A DNA stretch of 35,599 bases, taken from positions 1-35,599 of the forward strand of contig CAZTWC010000008.1 of the NCBI GenBank assembly GCA_964617105.1, read 5' to 3'. The notes under the pieces were generated by a model. The model was not told the DNA's origin and searched no databases. It saw only the letters and a list, made by a program, of their open reading frames with translations. The DNA is from an uncultured Myxococcia bacterium (lineage in GTDB: Bacteria > CAZTWC01). The position numbers and the translations under genes were made by a program. Shown one piece after another: positions 21,123 to 29,448 of the stretch (positions within the stretch are counted from its first letter, which is position 1; every line of letters begins with the position of its first letter).

Positions 21123-22485
21123 TCAACCGTTTAATTCTTTATCTAAAAGTTCAATAATTTCCATGCAATAGTTTTGCAAACATTCATAGTCAGCGCCCTC
21201 GCACATAACTCTTACTTTTGGTTCAGTTCCAGAATAGCGAACCAACAACCGGCCGCTGTTACCCAGACGCTGGTCCAGATCGGTTTTTAAGCGGCAATAG
21301 GAGGCGATTTGCTCAAGCGGTTTTTTCTCTTTGACTTGTAAGTTTTTGATAACCTGGGGATATTTTTCCATAATCCCTGCCAGTTCGGAGAGAGGTTTTT
21401 GCTTTTCCACCATCAGTTCCAACACCTTTAAAGCGGCGATCATTCCATCACCGGTGGTACTGGAGTCGAGAAAGATAATATGCCCAGACTGTTCTCCACC
21501 CAGGTTGTAGCCCTTTTGCCGCATCTCCTCTACCACGTACCGGTCTCCCACCCTGGTTCTGACCAGTTTTCCGCCTAAAGACTTGATGAAAATCTCCAAT
21601 CCCAGGTTGCTCATAACCGTAGCGGCAATGGTTTTTTTGTTGAGTAGCCCTTTCTCTAGCAGATGCATTCCGCACATGGCCATAATTTGGTCGCCATCTA
21701 CCACCGCCCCCTTTTCATCGGCAATTATCACCCGGTCCGCATCACCATCCAGGGCGATACCCAGGTCGGCATTCTCTTCCTGTATGGCCAGCATCATTTT
21801 CTCCGGGTGCAGGGAGCCACACTCCTGGTTTATGTTTTTACCATCGGGATTAGTGCCAATAGTTATTACTTCGGCGCCCAATTCGCTAAATACTGCCGGT
21901 GCAGCCCGGTAGGCTGCTCCATGGGCGCNNNNNNNNNNAATCCACCACGATTTTTAAACCTTCTAGATTGTATTCCAGGGGAAAGAGAGATTTTAAAAAA
22001 ACGATATAGCGACCGGTAGCATCATCTATTCTAAAGGCTTTACCAACTTCGGTATAAGTAGGCCGCATATCGTCCAGACGGTTTCCAAACACCAACTCTT
22101 CAATCTCCATCTCCTGCCGGTCATCCAGTTTAAAGCCCTGGTGGTTGAAAAACTTGATACCATTATCTTGAAAAGCATTGTGAGAGGCGGAGATCACCAC
22201 TCCGGCATCGGCGCGCATACTTTTGGTGATAAAGGCGATGCCAGGGGTTGGCAAAGGACCTACCAGCATCACATCCGCGCCCATAGAACATATGCCGGCG
22301 GCCATGGCAGTTTCGAACATATACCCGCTCAATCTGGTGTCCTTGCCGATAACTATCCGCTGCCGTTTAGTCTGGTGCCTGAGAATGTAGCTAATAGCCC
22401 GCCCCAGTTGCATGGCGGTTTCTGTGGTCATGGGCTCAACGTTGGCCACTCCTCTTATACCATCAGTGCCAAATAGTTTTTTCAT
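21123..22485 (-). CDS. glmM: Phosphoglucosamine mutase (one gene, split in the ORF track by the 10-N gap)
   Basis: [28 protein letters not shown] and RYSGTEP. Removing the Ns at 21929-21938 joins GAT T|GC GCC CAT to give the expected IVVDCAHGAAY in one frame. Confidence 0.95.
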
Positions 22486-22486
22486 G

Positions 22487-23419
22487 TTATTCCTTCTTTC
22501 GTACCTCAACCCACGGGAGATCACCGATGATGGTCACCCCTTTGGGCATATCGGTTACTTCCAGTTTTAGTTTATTGTTTTCCTGGAGATTGTTTGGGTC
22601 GAAATTCGAGGGTAATTTAATGGAGTATGATAATTGCTGAGAATCAATACTATCTAATAATAGTTTCGGTCCTTTGACTTTTAAAGGTGCCTTTTGATTT
22701 ACCAGTTCAAGATTGTGCAATAGTTCGGAGTGGTTAATAGGGACATCCAGGAAGGTTTTTTGGGCTAATTCCTCCTGAATGGTAAAGGCTATTTTATAGG
22801 GCTCAGGAGTAATCAGTTGAATATGAGCACTGGAAAAAGTAATCTTTACCTTCTGGGAAAAACTCTTGAACAGGTCGGTTATATCCAGATGTTCGGTCAT
22901 TAAAAACTCAATATTACGAATATCTCCAGCTGGTCCGGAAATTTTTATCTTTTTGGGTGAGACTTCATATTTGACCAAATTGTAGCCGTTGGCGACTTTC
23001 CCCTTGATATTGGCTACCACTGGGACTGTCTTTTCAACCTTTTTTTCCAGGAAGATCTTCACCTGGGCGGGATTAATGGTGGTTACAATGAGTCCAGGCG
23101 GCAGGGTTATCATCTCCCGGTTAAGATAATAGACCGATTTACCGGCTTCCTGGTTGCTTAAATCAATTTTCAGGGGAGGCAAATCCTGTAAATCCAACCT
23201 TTTTATGGCTGTCCATGGGCCGTTGATCGTTACGTTGATTTTGTCTATCAGATTGTTGGTAATCAAAAAACCTGGGGGCGGATTTACCACCAGTTTCACA
23301 TTGGTGCCGATAGAGGAATCGGTTTTGACTTCCAGCCGGGCGTATAGGAAGAGTCCGATGCTGAGGAGAATCGATAGTATTTTTATACCAAGGTTGTCTA
23401 AAAAGAGATTTCTTATCAT
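22487..23419 (-). CDS. cdaR: CdaR/YbbR-domain regulator of diadenylate cyclase
   Basis: N-terminal [20 protein letters not shown] helix, beta-rich YbbR-like repeats ([20 protein letters not shown]); lies between cdaA and glmM. Confidence 0.82.
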   Translation of the reverse strand: MIRNLFLDNLGIKILSILLSIGLFLYARLEVKTDSSIGTNVKLVVNPPPGFLITNNLIDKINVTINGPWTAIKRLDLQDLPPLKIDLSNQEAGKSVYYLNREMITLPPGLIVTTINPAQVKIFLEKKVEKTVPVVANIKGKVANGYNLVKYEVSPKKIKISGPAGDIRNIEFLMTEHLDITDLFKSFSQKVKITFSSAHIQLITPEPYKIAFTIQEELAQKTFLDVPINHSELLHNLELVNQKAPLKVKGPKLLLDSIDSQQLSYSIKLPSNFDPNNLQENNKLKLEVTDMPKGVTIIGDLPWVEVRKKE

Positions 23420-23431
23420 TTGGACGTTACT

Positions 23432-24232
23432 TTATCGAGATTTAATTTTGGCCCTAAACAGATTTTGCAGAACTGTAATCAAAAGATTTCCATCAATATC
23501 CCTGGTAATTTGGCCATCAGTCACCAAAGATATTTTCCCCGCCTCTTCAGAAATTACAATAACCACTGCATCGGTTTCCTCGCTCAATCCAATAGCGGCC
23601 CGGTGCCTGGAACCCATATTTCTGGCAATGTGAGTATTCATGGAGAGGGGAAGGAAACAGCCGGCTGCTGTAACCCGACCCTCCTGGATGATAATTGCCC
23701 CGTCATGAATTGGCGATGCCGGGCTAAAAATGGATTGGATCAACTGGCGGGATACCCGGGCATCGATTTTTACGCCGCCTTCGGTATAGTCGGTGAGGTC
23801 CGCCTCCTTTTCCAATACGATCAAGGCCCCCCATTTTTTTTTCGCCAGTTGTACGGAGGATTTCATCAGTTCATCGTAAAAGGAGATCTCTTCCCGGTAA
23901 GTCAAGCGTCCCAGTAGGGTGCCTTTGCCCATTTCACTTAATACCCGGCGGATATCGTGTTGAAAGACCACCACAATCAGTAAAATAAGGCTATTGATAA
24001 AATTATCCACTATCCAGTTGAGGGTATTCAGGCCGAAATAGCGGGAAAAGGAGATACCAATAGAGATCAGGGCCAGGCCGATCACCATGTAAAATGCCCT
24101 GGTTCCTTTAATTAGCAACAAAATACGGTAAATAAGATAGTAGATTATCAGGATGTCCAGGGCGATAAAAAAATAGTTACCCAGTCCACCAGGGGTTCTT
24201 AAAATAGTTAGGTAATTGATAATGTCCGACAT
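23432..24232 (-). CDS. cdaA: Diadenylate cyclase CdaA/DacA
   Basis: Three N-terminal TM helices, GALIV, intact HDGA and RHRAA catalytic motifs, ISEE. Confidence 0.94.
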   Translation of the reverse strand: MSDIINYLTILRTPGGLGNYFFIALDILIIYYLIYRILLLIKGTRAFYMVIGLALISIGISFSRYFGLNTLNWIVDNFINSLILLIVVVFQHDIRRVLSEMGKGTLLGRLTYREEISFYDELMKSSVQLAKKKWGALIVLEKEADLTDYTEGGVKIDARVSRQLIQSIFSPASPIHDGAIIIQEGRVTAAGCFLPLSMNTHIARNMGSRHRAAIGLSEETDAVVIVISEEAGKISLVTDGQITRDIDGNLLITVLQNLFRAKIKSR

Positions 24233-24273
24233 GCGATTTTTGGCGATAAAAAATATTTTAGATTTATTTGTTC

Positions 24274-25062
24274 TTATCCATCCTGGGCTTTTCCGGTCAT
24301 GGGCACAAAGCGTACTGGCAGTGACCGTATCTTTTCAACCTGGCCGTTCGATTTTTTCTTTAGCAGGATTAACTCTTGAAAAAAGGAGCCCACCGGGATA
24401 ATCATGTGTCCGCCAGGTTTTAACTGTTCTACCAGGGGGGAGGGGATATGATCGGGGGCTGCCGTAACCATAATGGCGTCAAAGGGAGCCTTCTCTTTCC
24501 AGCCCTGATAGCCATCGCCTATTTTGACCTCTAGATTTTGGTAATTTAAACTACGCAGAATTTTTTGGGCCTCTAAACCCAGCGGTTCAACGATTTCAAC
24601 GGTGTAAACCTGCCTAACTATCTCGGCCAAAACAGCCGCCTGGTATCCCGATCCGGTACCGATCTCAAGTACCCGGTGCCCAGATTCTAATGATAAAGCC
24701 TCGGTCATAAAGGCAACGATGTAGGGTTGCGATATAGTCTGGTTGTGACCAATGGGCAGGGGATGATCCTCATAGGCTTCATTCCAGTGCTCCCTGGGAA
24801 CGAAAAAGTGCCTTTTAACCTTGCGCATCGCCAGTAGCACTGCCTGGTCCTTTATGCCCCGCTTGACAATTTGGTTCTGAACCATTTGAGTTCGCAAACG
24901 GCTGTATTCCAGTTCCCTGGCCTCGGTAATCCCGTTATCTGTATCCATGGTGCTGCCGTCACCCTTTTGAGAATTTTTTTTACAGGAGAATATACCCATA
25001 AATATCAATAGAGAGGTAAAAATAAGTAATCGATACGGTAAAAAATTATCCATAGTAACCAT
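24274..25062 (-). CDS. pcm: Protein-L-isoaspartate O-methyltransferase with an N-terminal lipoprotein-like signal
   Basis: QTISQPYIVA, LEIGTGSGYQAA, GDGYQGW, PFDAIMVTAA and VRFVPM; alternative start at ATG 25053. Confidence 0.93.
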   Translation of the reverse strand: MVTMDNFLPYRLLIFTSLLIFMGIFSCKKNSQKGDGSTMDTDNGITEARELEYSRLRTQMVQNQIVKRGIKDQAVLLAMRKVKRHFFVPREHWNEAYEDHPLPIGHNQTISQPYIVAFMTEALSLESGHRVLEIGTGSGYQAAVLAEIVRQVYTVEIVEPLGLEAQKILRSLNYQNLEVKIGDGYQGWKEKAPFDAIMVTAAPDHIPSPLVEQLKPGGHMIIPVGSFFQELILLKKKSNGQVEKIRSLPVRFVPMTGKAQDG

Positions 25063-25064
25063 AT

Positions 25065-25094
25065 ATTATACAATAATGACCAAAAAAAATGCAA
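25065..25094 (-). promoter_or_regulatory. Candidate sigma70 promoter for pcm and the downstream cdaA run
   Basis: Minus strand TTGCAT-N18-TATAAT. Confidence 0.4.
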
Positions 25095-25110
25095 CTATAA
25101 ATAAAGGTTA

Positions 25111-25138
25111 TTGAAATTAAAAAAAAATGTATTATACT
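25111..25138 (+). promoter_or_regulatory. Candidate sigma70 promoter for the TPR lipoprotein gene
   Basis: TTGAAA-N16-TATACT, 45 nt upstream of the ATG. Confidence 0.45.
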
Positions 25139-25183
25139 TCATCAATGTAGTAGCAGATATTTTCTTAACCAGGAGTAAGATTT

Positions 25184-26701
25184 ATGAGTTGGTACAAAGT
25201 AATTGCTAAATGCCTGTTGATTTTTTCTCTCTCGGCGCTGGTTTTTTCTTGCGCTAAAAGCAGTGGTCCGGCAACGCCCGCATCCCCGGTCAAGGCTGTT
25301 AAACAGCAGGAGAGTGTTTCCTCTCTGTTGGCCGATATTTTCAGTTTGGAAAAGCGCCTGATTACTGAGAATAAAGATGCTGTACAAAAAAAATACCGGC
25401 AGCAGATTACTGCACATCCCAATGTGGCTAAATATGAGATACTTCAAGCCTGGAGCATACCTCAGAACGAAGAGAGAATGAACCAATGGGGTAAGTTGAG
25501 GCAGAAATATCCCCAAAACGATTATATTGAATTAGGCCGGGCAGAGGTGTTTGCCGCCTGGAAAATGAAACACGAATGTAAATCGATTTTGGATAAAATT
25601 GATAATAAATCGCCTGTGGTCGGTTTTAGGCATAGAGTTTACGGGTTTTTATTCTATCAGAAAGGGGAGTTGGACCAAGCGGTTACCTATTATACTAAGG
25701 CAGTGGAAACCTTTCCTCAGGATTATCGGTCCCACTCTTCTTTGGCCACCATTTATATGAAGCAGCAAAAAATAGATTTGGCAAAAAAAGCATTTCAACA
25801 GTGTGCAGAACTGGCGCCTTCACTATATGAACCCCATTTTCAACTGGCCAAGATTTATGAAAAACAGGGCAATAAAGATGCTCAGATAGAGGCGTTGAAA
25901 ATGGCCTTTAAGGCGGATAATCAGAATTTTGAGGTAGCCCAACTTCTGGGTAACCTGTTTTTAGAGAAAAAAGAATGGCCGGAATCGATTAAGTATTTTG
26001 AGAAAGCATTGAAAATAAAGCCGGATTGGCCCTCTATTCATGCTCACCTGGCCAAACTGTACCGGGCTTTGAATAAACCGGAAGAGGAGTTAATCCAGTT
26101 AGAAAAAGTGTTGGAGATCAACCCCAACCAGTTGGATGTGCTGGCCCGTTTTTCCCAGGTTCATTTTCAGCGGGGAAATTTGGATGTGGCCATGGATAAC
26201 TTTAAAGATATCTTGAATGCTCAAGAGGGAAACTTGATGGCTCTCCATGGGGTGGCAAAAATTTATCACCGCTGGAACAAATACCGGCAGGCGATTGAAT
26301 ATTACCGCCTCTACTTTAAGGTGGAAAAGGATAAACAATTGTTGGAAAGCGAGCGTAAAGCCTACCAAAAGATATTGGGCCAGATAAAATACCAGCCCGA
26401 CACCTTGAAGGGGAAAACTTTGCAGAAGGCATACCGCGTATTGGTGGGCTCCTTGAAGCAACTATACGAAGAGCGCCTGAAAATCAAACGCAAATTGGTT
26501 TGGAAAGGAACCATCAAATATAAAGTAGAAGTTGGAGACAATGGTAATATTAAAAGGATAGAAGAGATAAAAAATACCCTCCACGACCCTTTTGTAGAAG
26601 CCTGCCTCTATTGGAATTTGATGGACACTCAGTTGTCAGGCACCAGAAAGGGCCGGTACACTGTGCCTTTTAACATCGATTTTACTCCAAAAATGAAGTA
26701 G
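25184..26701 (+). CDS. TPR-repeat lipoprotein with a C-terminal AgmX/PglI (TonB-C-like) domain
   Basis: AGGAG RBS, lipobox LVFSC, about 7 TPR units (e.g. LLGNLFLEKKEWPESIKYFEKALKIKPD), C-terminal LYEERLK...KGTIKYKVEVGDNGNI...NTLHDPFVEACL...VPFNIDF. Confidence 0.78.
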   Translation: MSWYKVIAKCLLIFSLSALVFSCAKSSGPATPASPVKAVKQQESVSSLLADIFSLEKRLITENKDAVQKKYRQQITAHPNVAKYEILQAWSIPQNEERMNQWGKLRQKYPQNDYIELGRAEVFAAWKMKHECKSILDKIDNKSPVVGFRHRVYGFLFYQKGELDQAVTYYTKAVETFPQDYRSHSSLATIYMKQQKIDLAKKAFQQCAELAPSLYEPHFQLAKIYEKQGNKDAQIEALKMAFKADNQNFEVAQLLGNLFLEKKEWPESIKYFEKALKIKPDWPSIHAHLAKLYRALNKPEEELIQLEKVLEINPNQLDVLARFSQVHFQRGNLDVAMDNFKDILNAQEGNLMALHGVAKIYHRWNKYRQAIEYYRLYFKVEKDKQLLESERKAYQKILGQIKYQPDTLKGKTLQKAYRVLVGSLKQLYEERLKIKRKLVWKGTIKYKVEVGDNGNIKRIEEIKNTLHDPFVEACLYWNLMDTQLSGTRKGRYTVPFNIDFTPKMK

Positions 26702-26714
26702 TCATTTATTTTGT

Positions 26715-27362
26715 CTACCGGGCTCGGGCGTCCTCTTCCCAGATGAATTTGTGTATCTGCAATTGAAAAATTACATCCAGGCCATCATTGAGGATCCATT
26801 GGCATAATTGTTGGGGTGGCAATATACTGAAAACCGGGGAGAATATAATTTTAGCCGGTATATTATTTATCAGCGACAGGAGCTCTTTGGCCCACCTATA
26901 ATCGTCAATATTGGCGATAACAAACTTGACCTGGTCCTCTTTTACCAGGTGGAGAAGATTACATAGCATATTATCCTGGTGATGTCCGGAAGAGGGGCAT
27001 TTGATATCCATAATTGCCACGGCTTTCCCTTTTAGCGGGGTGATATCGATGCTGCCGTTGGTTTCGACTAAAACTTTATAACCTTTGGTAGTCAAGGCAT
27101 CCAAAAGAAGTGGAAGAGCGTTTTGCAGCAGGGGCTCCCCTCCGGTCAGTTCTACCAGGCGGCAAGGATATTGGGCAATATGGTCTAGAATATCCGCTAA
27201 AGTTAACCAGTGTCCGCCTCGTTGAGCATAAGAGGTATCACAATAGGCACAATTGAGGTTACAGCCGGCAAAGCGGATAAAAATACAGGGCCTGCCGATA
27301 TGGTCAGATTCACCCTGGATGCTGTAAAAAATTTCGCAAATTTTATAACTATTCTTATTCAC
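26715..27362 (-). CDS. queE: 7-carboxy-7-deazaguanine synthase (radical SAM)
   Basis: EIFYSIQGE, FIRFAGCNLNCAYCDT, TGGEPLLQ, ETNGS and QIHK; GTGA overlap with queD. Confidence 0.93.
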   Translation of the reverse strand: MNKNSYKICEIFYSIQGESDHIGRPCIFIRFAGCNLNCAYCDTSYAQRGGHWLTLADILDHIAQYPCRLVELTGGEPLLQNALPLLLDALTTKGYKVLVETNGSIDITPLKGKAVAIMDIKCPSSGHHQDNMLCNLLHLVKEDQVKFVIANIDDYRWAKELLSLINNIPAKIIFSPVFSILPPQQLCQWILNDGLDVIFQLQIHKFIWEEDARAR

Positions 27363-27760
27363 ACCAGGTCCAATTCAGGGTCTAAATAGTAACTTGCACA
27401 GGAGGTATCCGTTTCCCAGACCGTTACCCGGGTGACCCGTTTTCTGCTGTCGTCTATGTGCTCTGCCGCTTTTTTAAAAATTATCTCGGCAATATTTTCC
27501 GCGGTGGGATTGACCTTTTGGAAATCAGGAAGGCTGTTTAATATCTGGTGATCAAAGTGTTCTATTATTTGGTTCAGAGTATGTTTTAAATCCTTAAAAT
27601 CGATAACCATACCGCATTTGTCCAAATGGGTGGCAGACACATACAACCTGACCCGCCAGTTATGACCGTGAATGTTTTCACATTTGCCTTTGTGCCCAGA
27701 TAATGAATGGGCGGAAGAAAAGCTGCTTTCTTTATAAATAATATAATGACTATTACCCAT
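27359..27760 (-). CDS. queD: 6-carboxy-5,6,7,8-tetrahydropterin synthase
   Basis: FSSAH, CENIHGHNW, MVIDF, DH..LN, PTAENIA and WET; AGGAG RBS before ATG 27760, so the track start is too long. Confidence 0.93.
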   Translation of the reverse strand: MGNSHYIIYKESSFSSAHSLSGHKGKCENIHGHNWRVRLYVSATHLDKCGMVIDFKDLKHTLNQIIEHFDHQILNSLPDFQKVNPTAENIAEIIFKKAAEHIDDSRKRVTRVTVWETDTSCASYYLDPELDLV

Positions 27761-27877
27761 AACTACTCCTTGACAGGTAAAGAATATCACAATAATATTT
27801 ATCAGAAATTTTAAGTAGTGTCTATCCGGGAATTTATCTGGAGGCAGATATTGGCAATTTTTGTTAAGGATGAAAAA

Positions 27878-28090
27878 ATGGTGCAATTATTGCTTAAATA
27901 TAAAGTGCAACTTAGATGCCTTAAAATGGAAGATATGATTGATGGTAAATACAAATGCACTCTTGAAAACAAAACCGCTGTAAAACCTTTAGTTTATCGA
28001 GGGCAGCGATTGGAACTGTGGTTCAAGGAGTCTGGCGAGCCTGTGGCAAAAAAAGGACAGTTTGTGGTAAAAGAAATACACCTGTCTTGA
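27878..28090 (+). CDS. Possible small hypothetical protein (51-70 aa depending on start: ATG 27878, 27926 or 27935)
   Basis: Fills an otherwise empty region; AAGGA precedes ATG 27878 and a hairpin follows the stop. No family recognised. Confidence 0.35.
   Translation: MVQLLLKYKVQLRCLKMEDMIDGKYKCTLENKTAVKPLVYRGQRLELWFKESGEPVAKKGQFVVKEIHLS
27879..27894 (+). promoter_or_regulatory. Candidate sigma54 (-24/-12) promoter
   Basis: TGGTGCAATTATTGCT has the invariant GG-N10-GC spacing and TTGC(T), in an intergenic region facing the lipoprotein genes. Confidence 0.4.
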
Positions 28091-28107
28091 TCTAAGGGGT
28101 TGATTAG

Positions 28108-28127
28108 CAGTGCCCGGACGGGTACTG
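28108..28127 (+). terminator. Stem-loop, possible terminator or attenuator upstream of the lipoprotein genes
   Basis: CAGTGCCC-GGAC-GGGTACTG (8 bp, one G-U pair) followed by ATTAGTTTCT. Confidence 0.4.
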
Positions 28128-28198
28128 ATTAGTTTCTAGATGCTATTCAGATCAGTTTTTTATTGGTTTAGTTTTATAATAACAAGGAGGTATTTCAG

Positions 28199-28813
28199 AT
28201 GAAACATTGGTTAAAAATTGTTGTGTTGATGGTAATTGTCCTATCCTTGCCCCTGTTTTTTTCCTGCAAGAGCGCCCAGCCTATTCCCGGTTCTAAAAAG
28301 TGTCTTTCCAGTTGTGAATGGGCCGATTGGGCAACCTCTTTCAATGAGTTAAACGACAAAAAATTCAAGCCTTTTTTAGGGACATCCCGCCAGTATACCA
28401 TGGAGCAGAGAGCGTTGAGTGATGCCCGGATAGATGCCTATAAGCAGGCGGTTGATTCCATGGGATTGTTCGCCAAACGTAAGATAAACGAAGTTATCTC
28501 CCAGGTGGGAGCATCGGATGATATAATCAACGAAGGGGTGGTCAGGGATGAGATGACTAAATTAAAGGCCCAGGGTGCAACTATTGGTGAGATAAAACAT
28601 CAGCAGGTGCAATACTGGGAGAAATACACGGGCACTGGGGTAGAATATTTTTATGTGGCCAAAATTATCTATATGGTACCCCGTGATGCCATCAAGAAAA
28701 TGATGCAGGATATTTTGCAGAAGCAGGCACAGGCCGCTAAGGTGGAAAAAGATCGGGTCAATATTGAGCGGGCTATGGAGAAGATGAAGGAGATGGAAAC
28801 CGATAAGTGGTAA
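28199..28813 (+). CDS. LPP20-like lipoprotein, paralogue 1
   Basis: AAGGAGG RBS, lipobox FFSC, core FLGTS...ALSDARIDAYKQAVDSMG; aligns by eye with the next two genes. Confidence 0.75.
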   Translation: MKHWLKIVVLMVIVLSLPLFFSCKSAQPIPGSKKCLSSCEWADWATSFNELNDKKFKPFLGTSRQYTMEQRALSDARIDAYKQAVDSMGLFAKRKINEVISQVGASDDIINEGVVRDEMTKLKAQGATIGEIKHQQVQYWEKYTGTGVEYFYVAKIIYMVPRDAIKKMMQDILQKQAQAAKVEKDRVNIERAMEKMKEMETDKW

Positions 28814-28839
28814 GGTTATTTCAAAAGGAGTAAGGTTTT

Positions 28840-29448
28840 ATGTTTAAAAGAATTTTTGTGGCGTTGTTTATGGTTTCTCTGTGCCTGATGGTTTCTTGCG
28901 TCGGAGGACGCAAGATGATGTTAGGGGAAGAGGAAAAAATCATGGGTGTTGAACGGGCCGTTTGGATTAATGACCCGGGTAGTTTGGATAGGGAAGGTTC
29001 AAAAGCCTTTGTGGGAACTTCCAAAAACGCCATATCTGAAGGTGAAGCCAGAACTGATGCCCTCAAGGATGCCCGTAAACAGATTATAGATGCCATGGGA
29101 GTTTATGGCAAACGGGTGGTTAAAGAGGTGATCTCTAATGTGAGCACTGCCTCTGATATTATCAATCCGGGAGTTGTCAGTGATGACATGAGCAAGATGC
29201 TTTCTGAGGCGGAAGTAACTACCAGAGCCAAAAAATTTCATGTTGAAAAATGGCAAAAGATGACTGATGAGGGAATAAAGTATTACTATCTAGTCTTTGT
29301 GCAGGTCTATTTTTCCAATGTCGATGCCCAGGATGCAGTAAAAAAGAGTATAGTCAGGCAGGCTAAGGCAGCTACGGAAGAGAAAGACAAGCGGAATATC
29401 AATCGGGCTTTGGAGCAGATGAAACAACTGGAGAGCGAACAGTGGTAA
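28840..29448 (+). CDS. LPP20-like lipoprotein, paralogue 2
   Basis: AAGGAG RBS, lipobox MVSC, core WIND...FVGTS...EARTDALKDARKQIIDAMG. Confidence 0.75.
   Translation: MFKRIFVALFMVSLCLMVSCVGGRKMMLGEEEKIMGVERAVWINDPGSLDREGSKAFVGTSKNAISEGEARTDALKDARKQIIDAMGVYGKRVVKEVISNVSTASDIINPGVVSDDMSKMLSEAEVTTRAKKFHVEKWQKMTDEGIKYYYLVFVQVYFSNVDAQDAVKKSIVRQAKAATEEKDKRNINRALEQMKQLESEQW

Noticed and set aside
21886..21940. Apparent frameshift or split of glmM into two ORFs
   Set aside because: Artefact of the 10-N placeholder: removing it restores DCAHGAAY in a single frame.
26715..27760. queDE as part of a 7-deazaguanine DNA-modification (dpd) island or under a preQ1 riboswitch
   Set aside because: No dpdA/tgt-like, queC or folE gene nearby and no preQ1 aptamer recognisable upstream; ordinary queuosine biosynthesis is the simplest reading.
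28088..28132. TGA followed by a hairpin as a possible selenocysteine/SECIS signal
   Set aside because: Readthrough adds only about 14 residues before TAG and gives no redox-motif context; a terminator-like role is more likely.
28175..28180. TATAAT just upstream of the first lipoprotein gene
   Set aside because: The implied start site would fall inside the Shine-Dalgarno, and no -35 is evident.
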